This document shows, piece by piece, positions 42,048 to 57,557 of a stretch of DNA of 64,000 bases. Under the pieces are notes generated by a model that searched no databases, was not told where the DNA came from, and saw only the letters and a program-made list of their open reading frames with translations. The stretch lies in assembly GCF_009914755.1 (NCBI RefSeq), contig NC_060947.1. The stretch is one strand, 5' to 3'. The stretch comes from the human T2T-CHM13v2.0 reference genome, Homo sapiens. Each line of letters begins with the position of its first letter. Positions within the stretch are counted from its first letter, which is position 1. The position numbers and the translations under genes were made by a program.

Positions 42048-42716
42048 AGAAAAAAAAAGGAAGGCAGGGAGCAAGGAAGGAAGGAAATAAGGAAGGAAGG
42101 GGAAGGGAAGGGAGGGAGGTGAAGGAGAAAGGCAGAAAGGGAGAAAGAAAAAAGAGAAAACACAAAGGAAGAAAGAGAAAGAAAGGAGGGAAAGAAGAAA
42201 AAGGAATAAAGAGAGGGAGAGGAAGAAGAGGAAGAAGAAGAAGACGAAGAAGAAGAAAGGAAGGAAGGAAAGAAGGAAAGGAGAAAGAGAGATAGGGGAA
42301 AGGAATAAAAAAAAGGAAGAAGAAAGAAAGAAAAAGAAAGAAGAAAGAAAGGAAAGAAGGGAGGGAAAAAGAGAGAGGGAGAAAGACAGATAGAGGAAAG
42401 GAAGAAAAAAGATAGGAAAAAGGAAGAGGAAAGAAAGAAAAAAGAAGAAAGAAAAAGAAAGAAGGAAAGAAAAAAGAAAGGAAGGAAGGAGGAAGGGAGG
42501 AAGGAAAGGAAGGAAGGAAGGAAACAAGGAAGGCACAAAGGAAGGGAGAGAGGGACAAAGAGAGAGAGGGAGAAAGAGAGGAAGGGGAAAGGAAGAAAGA
42601 AAGAGAAAAAAGGAAGAGGAAAGAAAAAAGAGAGAGAAAAACAAAACAGAAAGAGAGAGAAAGAAAAAGAAAGAAAGAAAAAGAAAGAAAGGAAGGAAGG
42701 AGAAAGAAAGAAAAAG
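42048..42716. repeat. Polypurine tract, about 670 bp
   Basis: Almost purine-only on the + strand (GGAA, GAAA, GAA, GA units). Confidence 0.98.
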
Positions 42717-43536
42717 ATATTTTGCGATCAAATAAGATCAGGAAATGCATGGTAGCTCCTACATCAACTTAAACACATTAGTAAGCTTTGTGATTATACA
42801 TGGGGGAATGAGAATTGCACATACTGTTTCTCCTCTTCTTCACTGCCTCCCCTTTTTTTTTGCAGGAGCACCTGATGTAGTTGAGGCAGGTGAGAGGCAG
42901 CTGCCACCTCTGAGGGCAGATGGGGGCAGGAGGGGGCAGGGAACGGGGATTGAGGACCGGCAGGCAGGATGGGAATGAGAAAAACCAGGGAGATGACACA
43001 CCTGTGGGGCAGAACCCAGATCAGTTGGGAACTCGCCGTGGCTCTCTCCCTGATCACAACGTTGTCACCAGACCTTCGAAGTCCAGCCCTGGAAGTGACT
43101 CAGGGACTCCCTCCTGGGATGATTCCCTTTTATTCACCTGGGCTGCAGTGCAGGAGGCTGACTGGGTTCACCCATCTGCCCTGGACACCCTAGGAAACTC
43201 TTAGAGTCCACCATTCTGGTTCCTGACCCTATGTTCACTCATGCCCATCTCTTGGCGTCTCCCGGAAAGCTTGGGCAAGCCCTGCTCTCTGACGTCTGAG
43301 CCCAAATCTCACCCTGGAACCCTGATCTACCAAAGCTCCCCTACTCTATATGCCCAGGAAATCCAGGGATACCACAGTGGGAATAGAAGATGCTCAAAAT
43401 ACGCCACAGTGCAGAATTCCACCTGCTGCTTGTCACTTTGCAAATCCCTGTGTGAACCCAACCAGATGGCTGATATTAGGTTCCAAGTCTGAAGCCGTAT
43501 TTACTTGCAGCTACTGAGAGCACATTTGCTATCAGG

Positions 43537-44590
43537 GTGTGTTCTCATTTCCTAGAGTGGGCAACAAATGACCACAGGCTGGGTAGGTTAACACAACGGG
43601 AATGTACTCACCCAGTCCTAGAGGCCAGGAGTCTCACATCAAGGTGTGCGCAGGGCCAAGCTCCCTCCAGAGGCTCTAGTGGGGGATCCTTCCTGCCTCT
43701 CCCAGCTCCTGGGGGCTCTAGGCATCCCTGGGCTTGTGGCCGCATCACTGCAGTCTCTGCCTCCATCTCCATGTGGCCTTCTCCTCTGTTTCTGTGTCTC
43801 CTCTTCTGTCTCTTGGAAGGACACCTGTCATTGCATTTAGGGCCCATCCTAATCTAGGATGATCTCATCTCAAGATCCGTCTCCTAATTATATCTGCAAA
43901 GGCTGTATTTCTAAATACAAGGTCCCATTTACACGTTCGGAGGCATAGGACATGAACACGTTTGGGGTCGCCATTCAATCCATTACGGTTGTATCCAGTT
44001 CCCTCCAGAGGCTCTAGGTGAGGGTCCTTCCTCCCTCTCCCAGCTCCTGGGAGCTCCAGGCATCCCTGGGCTTGTGGCCACATCACTCCAGTCTCTGCCT
44101 CCGTCTCCTCTTCTGTCTCTTAAAAGGACACAGGCCATTGGGTTTAGGGCTCACCCTACTCTAGGACGATCTCATTTTGAGATCCTTAACTTATTACAAA
44201 GACCCTATTTCCAAATAAGATCCCATTCACAGACTCTGGGCATTAGGATGTGGACAGATCTTTCCAGGGGCCACTATACAGTTGTACCCAGTTCCCTCTG
44301 AAAGCTCTAGGGGAGGCTCCTTCCTGCCTCTCCCAGCTCCGGGGGCTCCAGGTGTCCCTGGGCTTGTGGCCACATTGCTCTAGTCTCTTTCTCACTCTCC
44401 TTGTGGCCTTCTCCTCTGAGTGTCTCTGTGTCTCTTCTCTTTATATGGACACTGGTAGATCTGGGGTCCACCCAGATAATCCACTATGATTTCATCCCAA
44501 GGTCCTTCGCTTAATCACATCTGCAGATACCTTTTTTCCAAATAAGGTGACATTCTGAGGTTCTAGGGATTTGACATAGACATTTCTCTT
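43537..44590 (-). repeat. Tandem array of three MLT1C/D-derived units, STIR-like
   Basis: CCTCTCCCAGCTCC..CCCTGGGCTTGTGGCC x3; junction GTTGTA(T/C)CCAGTTCCCTC at 43988 and 44281. Confidence 0.9.
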
Positions 44591-44843
44591 CCGCTATTCT
44601 ATGGTATGGAAAAGTGGAAAAAAGCAAATACTAAAACTTGTTAATAAGGACCTGTTTCCTCTCTGTGTAGAGCCTCTTCTGAAACTCCTGGTATGTTCTT
44701 GCATGAAAAATGCCTAGACCGCGATGAGGACTGGTGTAAACGGTAGATATCATCTCTATAGCAACACATAAATTAGCATTCAGAAATGCAGCTTTGCAGA
44801 GAGAAGAACCTTTCTCTGAGTTCCTACACTCAATTCTGTATAA

Positions 44844-45354
<511 letters not shown>

Positions 45355-45550
45355 TTAAAAAAACATGTGGACTTAGAGTCTACTTGTAATCCCCACCACT
45401 GGAGAATCATTTAGTACAGCAAAGCTGAAAGACCAGGAACGGGGACTTTCCAACGTTTCTACAGGACACTCTGAGGCAGGGGGGCTGCGCTTCCTTGAAT
45501 GCCATATCTGTGGATAAAATCAGCACATTATCATTAGTACAGGACTGGTC

Positions 45551-45855
45551 TTTTTCTTTTCTTTACTTTTTTTTTTTTTTCTTTGAGACTGAGTCTTGCT
45601 CTGTTACCCAGGCTGGAGTGCAGTGGCTCACTACAACCTCCACCGCCTAGGTTCAAGCGATTCTCCTGCCTTAGCCTCCTGAGTAGCTGGGATTAGAGGC
45701 GCCCACCACTGTGCTTGGCTAACTTTTGTATTTTTAGTAGAGACAGGGTTTCACCATGTTGGCCAGGCTGGTCTCGAACTCCTAACCTCAGGTGATCTGC
45801 CTGCCTTGGTCTTCTAAATTACTGGGATTACAGGCGTGAGCCACTGCTCCCAGCC
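45551..45855 (-). mobile_element. AluS
   Basis: Reverse-complement dimer; AGTACA(G/T)GACT on both sides. Confidence 0.94.
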
Positions 45856-46657
45856 AGTACATGACTATTATTTGGAAAGGTGCATGGTAGAAGCTGCTCT
45901 TGGCAGAGAAACCTGCGTAAGAATCCCCCTTGAAGCTTGGAGGGATATTACTGGGATCATTGCTTAAGCCATGGGAAACTGGTTTAAAAAATTTGGGAGT
46001 GGTTTGCATAATGTAAAACAGGGAAGATGCACTCAGAGGAGAAGTTAAAACAGCCATGGTAGGTCAGCCTCTGTTGCAGTCGGGGTAGAAGGAGAACTTG
46101 GTTGTCAAAGTGTACGTTGAATTGAGTTTCGGAAGAACAGGTCACTGAAATTTATCAGCAAACTTGATTTAATGGAGATTTTCTTGTGCATTCGGGAGGT
46201 TTTTTTCCGGTATTCCACGCTGTTAAAATTAATGTTTGAGGGCCCAGAATGAGCACAAGTGTTTTTGTAGGCAGAACCTCTGTGGCTCCATGCTGAAGAC
46301 ATCAGGGTGTTTACGTTATTATGTGGGCAACTAATGATGGAAACAGATTTTCTACTCCTATTTTCTTTTACTGATTCATTTGCTAAAGACATGTAATGTA
46401 AGCAGAATTCTCCAAAGGCATTTAATCATAGAAGTGATGGCTAAAAGAAGCCAACGATTCTGAAATGTCCTAATGGGATATTTGGCCATTTAGGTGACTT
46501 CACTACCTTCTTGTGACAGAATCTTTGGACACAGAACATCATTCTCACTTCATATTCCATGAGTACATCATCATCTCCACATTATGCTAAGGCACTCGTT
46601 AGTCACAAAATCAAGAATTCACTTCTGAAATATTTTAATTCCATGTAGCTCTAGTAA

Positions 46658-46969
<312 letters not shown>

Positions 46970-47265
46970 TGAATTTTATTTCTACCATGCTACTCCAGAA
47001 ATGTAGACATGTCAAGGATGTAAAATCATGAATAGCATATGACCTAGCAATGACCTTGTAAAGTGATTATATTTATATTACACATAACATCCTACTAAAC
47101 AATTGTATTACATTTCAAGATGTAAAAGGAAGAAAAATAAGCCAATGTTACTCAAATATGTTCAAAGCCACATGGAAAAGAAAATCTGCGTTATTTCTTC
47201 TCTGGAAGCTCAAATGCCTGTTTTCTGCCAAAAGTGTAATTTGAACAGAAAAAAAAAAAAAAGTT

Positions 47266-47568
47266 GGCCAGGCGCAGTGGCTCACACCTGTAATCCCAGC
47301 ACTCTGGGAGGCTGAGGCAGGTGGATCACGAGGTCAGGAGATCGAGACCATCCTGGCTAACACGGTGAAACCCCGTCTCTACTGAAAATACAAAAAAAAT
47401 TAGCCGGGCATGGTGGCAGGCGCCTGTAGTCACAGCTACTTGGGAGGCTGAGGCAGGAGAATGGCGTGCACCCAGGAGCGGAGGTTGCAGTGAGCCCAGA
47501 TCGCGCCACTGCACTCCAGCCCGGGTGACAGAGCAAGACTCTGTCTCAAAAAAAAAAAAAAAAAAAAA
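47266..47568 (+). mobile_element. AluY-like, full length
   Basis: GGATCACGAGGTCAGGAGATCGAGACCATCCTGGCTAACACGG and GAATGGCGTG diagnostics; pure A tail; A(n)GTT TSD. Confidence 0.92.
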
Positions 47569-48568
47569 GTTGAGTGTGTTTCAGACAGCTGTTGTCAGAC
47601 TTTGGCAATGGATAAGTGGAAAAAACTCCACACAAGGTCAAGAACTTCTTAGGATCCTTAGTGAGAAAGTGATTCTGAAATCGTTTGCCATGGACGTTCA
47701 AAGACCCACCGACACACAAGCAAATGAGGTCGTGTTTGGAAGAGACACACACGCGTTGATGTAAAAATAGCAGAACAGTACAAGAGCAGAATGCGATGAC
47801 ATTTAACAAAGTAAGAATTTTTTTTTTGTAAATTCTAGAAAGTGACACTCTAAGTCAGCGTGTTTCTTCAACTGGATGATCAAGTTCACAGCCCAAGAAT
47901 TTGCCCAACTTCCTTAGATGTCCTCCTCTCTAAACGATGGTAAGGATGATGTTATGAGATTCCTGAAAGGGAAGCCAGATTGCTTATCAAAGACGTGTGC
48001 CCACTGAGCCTTTCCAAGTGCTTTACTCTGAGATGGTCCAAGAGGTGTTTCTGAGAAGGCTATTTTTATTGTCTTTGGTGACACATTATGTGATGCAGAT
48101 GTGGTTTCCATCAATCCATCTAGAAAGTCTATGCATAGGGTTATGTCTCACTTTCCCTATTAGTGACCTGGAGGAAGCACTGCATTTTTGTATGCAATGA
48201 TACACCCATGCATGCCAACTTCCATTTATCCTCTTTGAAGATGCATGACAGTACTTTTCCTTGGCTCTTCAAAACTCCCAAAGGGGAAGCAGGACATGCT
48301 TCCTGGTGGTTTCACTTGTGTTGAATCTAGTCTCAAGCCTCTGGCATCTTCTGCACCCCAAGCCTCTCTGGACCTGTGTCCTGGAGTTGCTGTAGGGGCT
48401 GGACCCATCATCATAATGAATTACAATGTGGGGAACTCAACTGGACCCAGAAAATGTCCCCAAAGTGCATCCTTATGGCTGAGTACCTCCAGGGTTCACA
48501 GAAGGAATGAGGACAAGCAAACTGTGAAGCAAGACCCTGACACAAAGACACAGCTCAAATTTAGCCTC

Positions 48569-48912
48569 TGATATGGTTTGGCTGTGTCTTTACCAAAATC
48601 CCATCTTGAATTGTAGCTCCCACAATTCCCATGTGTTGTGGGAGGGACTCAGTGGGAGGTAATTGAATCATGGGGGCAGGTCTTTCCCGTGCTAGTCTCA
48701 TGGTAGTGAATAAGGCTCAGAAGATCTGGTAGTTTTATAAAGGTGAGTTTCCCTAGACAAGCTCTCTTGTCTGTCACCATGTGAGCCATGGCTTTCACCT
48801 TCTGCCATGATCGTGAGGCCTCCCCAGCCAGATGGAACCATGACTTCTTTCTTTTGTAAATTGCCCAGTCTCAGGTATGTCTTTATCAGCAGCGTGAAAA
48901 TGGACTAATACA
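48569..48912 (+). mobile_element. THE1A/B-like solo LTR
   Basis: TSD GCCTC at 48564-48568 and 48913-48917. Confidence 0.94.
48660..48670 (+). promoter_or_regulatory. DUX4-type motif TAATTGAATCA in the THE1 LTR
   Basis: Matches TAAYBBAATCA; binding not demonstrated. Confidence 0.5.
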
Positions 48913-49448
48913 GCCTCTCTGGTTTACCAGTGAACACCGGATGGGACCAGGATTCATGTTAGAGAATGTCCCCTGTATTTGAATCCATGTGGATTCTCTC
49001 ACTCTTCTGACCCAGCTTGGTGTTTTAAATTTCTATCCTTAAAGTCCTTTTCTTCCCACAAATGTTTGCTGTTGCAAAGTTCAGTTTACTAGTGTATGGG
49101 GAATAAAACACATGGTCATGATAGCCTAAGCTGTACCATGCAACAGCAATGGAGACGGCTGTCCTCCCTCCCAACAGCTTAATGCAAAGAAACTTCTGCT
49201 GTTGTAGAACTCTCTTTTTTTTTTTTTTTGCCTGATCCTTTGAAGTCAAGAGTTTTATTGTTACTATTATGATTCCTCCTCCAGTCATCTGCAATCATAG
49301 CTTCAAGAAGAAAATTCTTAGCCAACCTCAGAGTCCCTTTATTTGCATGTTGCCCATGGTGGCAACAGGGGATTTTTGGTGGTCAGGGTACATATCTGCC
49401 TCAAATCCTAGATTCATGATCACAGCACCCCACAGGATGACACACAGG

Positions 49449-49774
<326 letters not shown>

Positions 49775-50162
49775 TGATTTAGTTTTTCAAGAGCAGTTTA
49801 AGAAGAAGCAAGACTTTTTCATTTTAATGTTTTGCTATTTTTAGCCTCAAGAAGGCTGTGTTCCTTGCAGAAGTGGCATATCAGCTCACCCTGGGACAAG
49901 TGGCATCTGGTGAGATGATAGGCAGCTGAGGTTATTGGTGTTATTTGCAAGGGATGGGTGCTGATGATTGCCATTACATCGGGTTTCCCTGATGCTCAGT
50001 TAACTCTAAAGGAGACATGGGGTGAGGGCTATGAGTAGGGATGTGGGGAAACCCCATGGCTGGGATGCCAAGAGCCCCACCTGGGCTTATGTCCACTTCA
50101 GAATGCACCATCTCATGGAAAGCAAGACATCCTCCACCTACACTTAGCATTTTCACTACCAC

Positions 50163-51199
<1,037 letters not shown>

Positions 51200-51263
51200 A
51201 CTGAGAAAGCCTTCATTTATTGGTAGGAGGGAGGAATCTAGGGAAATCTAAGGAAAGTACTCA

Positions 51264-52205
<942 letters not shown>

Positions 52206-52754
52206 CTCAGAACAGAAAATGAGTAATTATGGGGATCTTACTTCTTAAACCAAAGCAAGATAAGGTGTGTGTAATATCACACTTTCCTCTTAAACTGTGT
52301 CCCACATGTGTGACAATATCTAAATTCTTAAAATAAGGCCCTAAGGGTTCTCCTCAATTACCTAGGAGTTCCCTGGAAAGCAGATAATTATGAAGTGCTC
52401 TAACCAAATAACTTTATAGAGAAGGAGGTTTGCTTATCAGCCATTCTTTCGTTTTTCCTTCTGGAGTCCTGTACTTACATGTACACGCATACATCAGCCC
52501 TATATCAGCTCTGGGGAATGTTGTGTTTGGAATAAGCCAGCGAGTTTGTTGTGTTCCCATAATTTGTCCGGAGGTGAGCAGGTGACTCAATCTAATCTAT
52601 GTTTAAAGATTGAAGAGAGGAAACCTAGGATTGGAGGATGGGGAAACAGGGGGAGTAAGGTGCAGGAGATTGTCATGGAAACCAACAAGAGTCCTGGCCT
52701 CAATCCACACCTCTGGTTACTAATGTGGATTTGAATCCACTTCCATCCATGAAT

Positions 52755-53343
52755 ATGCAAATGAAAAGTTTCTGAGACAGGTTTCAAGCAACTTAGAAAG
52801 TTTATTTTGCCAAGGTTAAGCATGCGCCTATGACACAGCCTCAGGAGATCCTGAGAATGTGCGCCCAAGGTGGTCGGGCTACAGCTTGGTTTTACACATT
52901 TTAGGGAGACATGAGAAATTAATCAATACATATCAGATGTCCATTGGTTCGGTCCAGAATGGCAGGACAACTTGAAGTGGGGACTTCCAGGTCATAGGTA
53001 GATTTAAAGATTTTCCGATTGGCAATTGGTTGAAAGAATTATTATCAATAGAAAGGAATGTCTGGGTTATGGTCAGGGGCTGTGGAGACCTAGGTTTTAT
53101 GATGCAGAGGAAGTCTCCAGGTAGCAGGCTTCAGAGAATAAATTGTAAATGTTCCTTATTAGAGTCTGTTCTTTCAGTAATTCCAAAATGGGGGAGGGTA
53201 TCATGAGCCATGCCCAACTTCACCTTCATGGCCTGAACACATTTTTCAGATTACACCTGAAAAATGGAACGCCCTTGCCAAGAGGAAGAGTCCATTCAGA
53301 TGATGGGGGCGTGGGGACTTAGAATTTTATTTTAAGGCTTGTA
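52755..53343 (-). mobile_element. MER4A-like LTR (ERV1)
   Basis: AAAGTTTATTTTGCCAAGGTTAAG..GACACAGCCTCAGGAG..CAGCTTGGTTTTA..GTAGCAGGCTTCAGAGA..GTCCATTCAGATG. Confidence 0.87.
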
Positions 53344-54261
53344 GATACAACCATTCTATCTATGCATACAAAGAGGTATCTATCATACAAGAAGAACTCC
53401 CAATGGGCAGAACATCATTGTGTACACATTTGACTCTAGAATTCACTCTTCTTTTTGTGGCTAAACGGGCTTCTCATACAATCCACTAGGCTCAGAAAGG
53501 TTCACCAAAAAATACAATGGGTTCTTCGTAAAAGGCAAGAGTCAAATGCTAAGTTGATAGCTGTTTTTAATCATACAAAGAGCTGTGTTTAAATTGGATA
53601 ATGGGTGTGTAATAATACATTCTCTTCTTTATGACTTGACATCATTATGAAATATGAGCTCTGGCTAAAGCTCAGGATAATGTGGGAGAGAATTAAGTTG
53701 AGAAAACCAGTTTCTTTCATAATGGACAACTGAGAAAAGTTTTGGGATTTCCATTACAGCAGATTTTTTGAAGACTCACTTAATGTTTTCTGCAGGATGG
53801 CTTAGCATTCCTAAATTCAGTTGAGTACCAGGATATTATAAGGCTTTTCTGTTTATTTTTGTAACAATCTGTTTTCGGAGAACCTTCTCTGACATAGACA
53901 TTTTGCTTGGGGCCAAGAATACAATGATCACATGGATGACACATTCACTCTCTTTATGAAGTTTACAGACACACTGCAAATAATGAAGTAGACGAAGAAT
54001 TAATGTCAGTAAGAAGACTGACTCCAGAGAAAAGTGCTGATTCCTTAACTACCTAGGAAGAAGCAAATACAGATTCCTTTTGTTTGAAGATGTGTTTATA
54101 TTTGGAGATATTCAGGAAAACAGGAAGCCCTCAAAATAGTACATTGAAAGTCCACTAACATGGAAAGTCTCCATAAGCCAGTCAATAGCATTTGTAATCT
54201 GCATTATATAATGCACTGTTCTGCTTTCTTAACTAGACTTTTTTTTTGCTAAGTAGGTTTG

Positions 54262-54826
54262 TGTATTAGTCAGGGTTCACCAGTGGGACAAACCTAATAG
54301 GATCTATGTGTATATGAAAGGGAGTTTATGAGGGAGCATTGGCTCACATGATCACAAGGTGAGGTTCCACGATAGGCCATCTGCAAGTTGAGGAAGTAGG
54401 AAGCCAGTAGTGGCTCAGTCCAAATCCCAAAGTCTCAAAAGTAGGGAAGCTGACAGTGCAGCCTTCAGTCTGTGGCCGAAGGCCTGAGACCACCTGGCAA
54501 GCCACTGGTGTAAGTCCAAGGGTCCAAAAGCTGAAGAACCTGGGGCCTGATGTCCAAGGGCATCCAGTACGGGAGAAAGATGAAGACCAGAAGCCTCAGC
54601 AAGTCTGCTCTTTTCAACTTCTCCTGCTTGCTTCATTTTAGCCGTGCTGGCAGCTGATTGGATGGTGCCCACCCACACTGAGGGTGGGTCTTCCTCTCCT
54701 AGTCCACCGACTCAATGTCAGTCTCCTCTGGCAACACCCTCACAGACACACCCAGAAACAATACTTTACCAGCTATCTAGGCGTCCTGCAATCCAATCAA
54801 GTTGACACCTAATATTCACCATCACA
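54262..54826 (-). mobile_element. MLT2A-like solo LTR (HERV-L)
   Basis: TGTATTAGTCAGGGTTC..CAATCCAATCAAGTTGACAC..CCATCACA; degenerate TSD GTTTG/GTTGA. Confidence 0.9.
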
Positions 54827-55246
54827 GTTGATAAGCAACCTAGTTTATGATAATCTGCTATAGCTGCCTGAAAAAAAAACTAAGTAGGTCTTAGACCACG
54901 ACTTTGCCCCATATTATCAAAATTAGGACAAACTTTTTTTATTATATGTCTGGGACTGACAAAACAATCACTCTTAGACAAAAATTAAATTGTTAGCTAT
55001 GATGACCAGTGCTGAGAAGATCACATGATGGATACCCTAAAAGCCCTGACTTCACCACTATGCAATCTATGTCTGTAACAAAGTTGCACTTGTACCCCAT
55101 AAATGGACACAAATAACATAATTGAATTTGCTTTTCAATGATCTTTAAGCATCATTTTCACTCAAGTTAGAAAATGTTTTGTGTCAAGTAGAAATAACTC
55201 ACAAGGATTTAGTAAAAGCGTGGTAGATCCAGGCTGACATCTCTGC
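54827..55246. repeat. Direct duplicate of 61664-62151
   Basis: Colinear match across an MLT1A tail, unique DNA, an L1 tip and more unique DNA. Confidence 0.95.
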
Positions 55247-55494
55247 CCTTGGCAAATAGCACCCAAACATCTTGTCTTTCCTAATTTAGAGGCCTCTCCT
55301 GTAACCTTGTCAATGAGTGTAGTCCACTATCAAAGCCAAAGTGAAACAAAACCCTTTGCTCTCTGCCCATGGGAGCTAAAGTGTGGAATTGCAACGAGGT
55401 CCAGAGAGAAATGCAAGAAGGTCTGTTAGATTCGTGAATCAATGGATGCAAGTAGGTCACTAATCAAAGCCTCAGTTGCAAAAACGACTGCTTG

Positions 55495-55845
55495 TCTAGC
55501 ATGACTTCAGCTGCAATAACAAACTGCCAAAGACTGGGTGGCTTATAAACCACAGAAATTCATTTTTCATGGTTCTGGAGGCTAGAAGTCCAAGATCGAG
55601 ATGCCAGCGGCTCTGGTGTCTGGTGAAGAAACTCTGTCTGGTTTGTCGACAGCTATATTCTCATTGTGTCCTCGCATGGCAGAGGGTGGGAGGAGAGAAA
55701 GGGAGGGAGGGAGGAGAGAGAGAGGAAGTGAGAGAGAGAGAGGAAGAGAGAGAAAGAGAGAGACAGAGAGAGAGAGGAAGAGAGAGAAGGAGAGTGAGAA
55801 AGCCCCAGAAAGGGGGAGACACAAACACTCAATCAACATCACCCA
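55495..55845 (-). mobile_element. MLT1A-like LTR with internal (GA)n expansion
   Basis: AGACTGGGTGGCTTATAAAC..CTGGAGGCTAGAAGTCCAAGATC. Confidence 0.75.
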
Positions 55846-57223
55846 CATTTAAGGTATTGGACATTTGGGTGCTGATATTTTGAGATAATTTTACTTCTAT
55901 TCAAAATTAGATCTGTCTTCTACACAGAATCCATGTATTCTTTATTTTTATAGATTAAGTCCTGGTTCTTCTAGAGAAATGACAGACTCGGAGAGCAGGA
56001 AATGAGTGTGTTTACTTAACAACACTTAAAAGTGATCCCACTCACTGTGAAGGTCAGGCAGAGTACAGTCTTTTTGTAAATTAGTATTATTTTGTATTTT
56101 TAATCACAGATCCAGGTTGTGCAACTTTTCAACCCAGCAGTACTTTTACTTGGCATTAGGAAAAGGCCCTTTGAAGTTTGATGACGATGATTTTTTTTTT
56201 TTTTTTAAAAAGGATGTTGAGAGGTTGGATGGACTCTCATGCACCACAAATGAGCTTTTTCTTCTTTGCAGAAAAGCCTGTTGCTTGAATGGGTGTCTTT
56301 ACCTAAACTTAAAAGCAAATGCTATCAACAGTTTAGATAAAACCTTTTTAATCATAGTCCAAGCTGAGCTCTGCTTTGCTGTGGATTTGCTGTCCTTGTG
56401 TGTGATTTGCCGCACTTCACACTGATAACCTTGAACTATGTTCTCAGTTTATTATAACAAAAAACAATCAAATTATGCAAAATCTTATTTTGTAAAACGA
56501 GTTTGATGATTGCTTAAATCTTAGTCATGTTTTAATGTTAGTATACTCTTCTCTCAGTGAAGTTATGCATTTTTAATATCTAAGAATAGTATTATATATT
56601 ATTCTACATGTTTGCTACCCACACATTGAGTAACATAAAGATGACTTCCTACCGCCCCTGCATTTTCTTCTGTGCTTACTTTTTTTTAAAACCGTTAATT
56701 AGAATCTATGTTGCTAAAAAACATGTTGCAACACAAAAACTGGCCTGTGTTCTCATTTCAGCACATGCATTTTAAAAGAGATGCTTTCTTCTCCATTGGG
56801 GAAGAAGATATGGCTGACACTGACTCTATCTTCTCTAACGCCTTTCTTTCACCCCACTTCTCTTATCTCCCTTCTTTTAACTTGAAAGAACAGGAGTTGA
56901 GATTTCTCTCAACACATAACATTCCAAAGGAAATAAATTCTTAAATGGAAACTTACCAAACTTCTCATTCTCTATTTCCTTCCAACTTTTTCATAAACAC
57001 CCAGATGATTTTTTTTGGTATAAAGTCATTTTTCATGGGAAACCTGGAAGAGTTGTTGAAAGAATATGCAGTGCTATTTTCTCTGTAGCTCTGACTTAGT
57101 TTCTGCAGTACATTGAGGTTAAAAATGATAGAGTTCTAAGGGAGGAAGCTGAGGAAGAGAATGAACTGAAACCTAGGAATTACAACCATTGTGTGAAGTC
57201 TGTTTTGAGATGAACAGAAACTA

Positions 57224-57255
57224 TTAGGTTGGTGCAAAAGTCATTGCGGTTTTTG
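57224..57255. mobile_element. Half MADE1 (one TIR)
   Basis: TA-TTAGGTTGGTGCAAAAGTCATTGCGGTTTTTG. Confidence 0.85.
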
Positions 57256-57556
57256 GCTGGATGCAGTGGCTCACGCCTGTAATCCCAGCACTTTGGGAGG
57301 CCGAGGCTGGCAGATCACTTGAACTCAGGAGTTCTAGGCCAGCGTGGCCAACATGGTGAATCCCCGTCTCTACTAAAAATACAAAAACTAGCCAGGCATG
57401 GTGGCTCACACGTGTAATCTCAGCTACTCAAGTGGTTGAGGCAGGAGAACCGCTTGAACCCAGGGGGCAGAGGCTGCAGTGAGCCGAGATCACACCACTG
57501 CACTCCAACCTGGGTGACAGAGTGAGAACGTGTCTCAAAAAACAAACAAACAAAAA
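57255..57556 (+). mobile_element. AluS, full length
   Basis: Dimer with (AAAC)n tail; no TSD found. Confidence 0.93.
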
Positions 57557-57557
57557 C

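Noticed and set aside
41760-42750. Longest ORFs (323, 234 and 170 aa, - strand)
   Set aside because: F/L/S/P-rich translations of the polypyrimidine strand, which lacks stop codons for compositional reasons.
40829-44590. Regularly spaced repeats as a CRISPR-like array
   Set aside because: Units are long, diverged MLT1 pieces without unique spacers; eukaryotic context and no cas genes.
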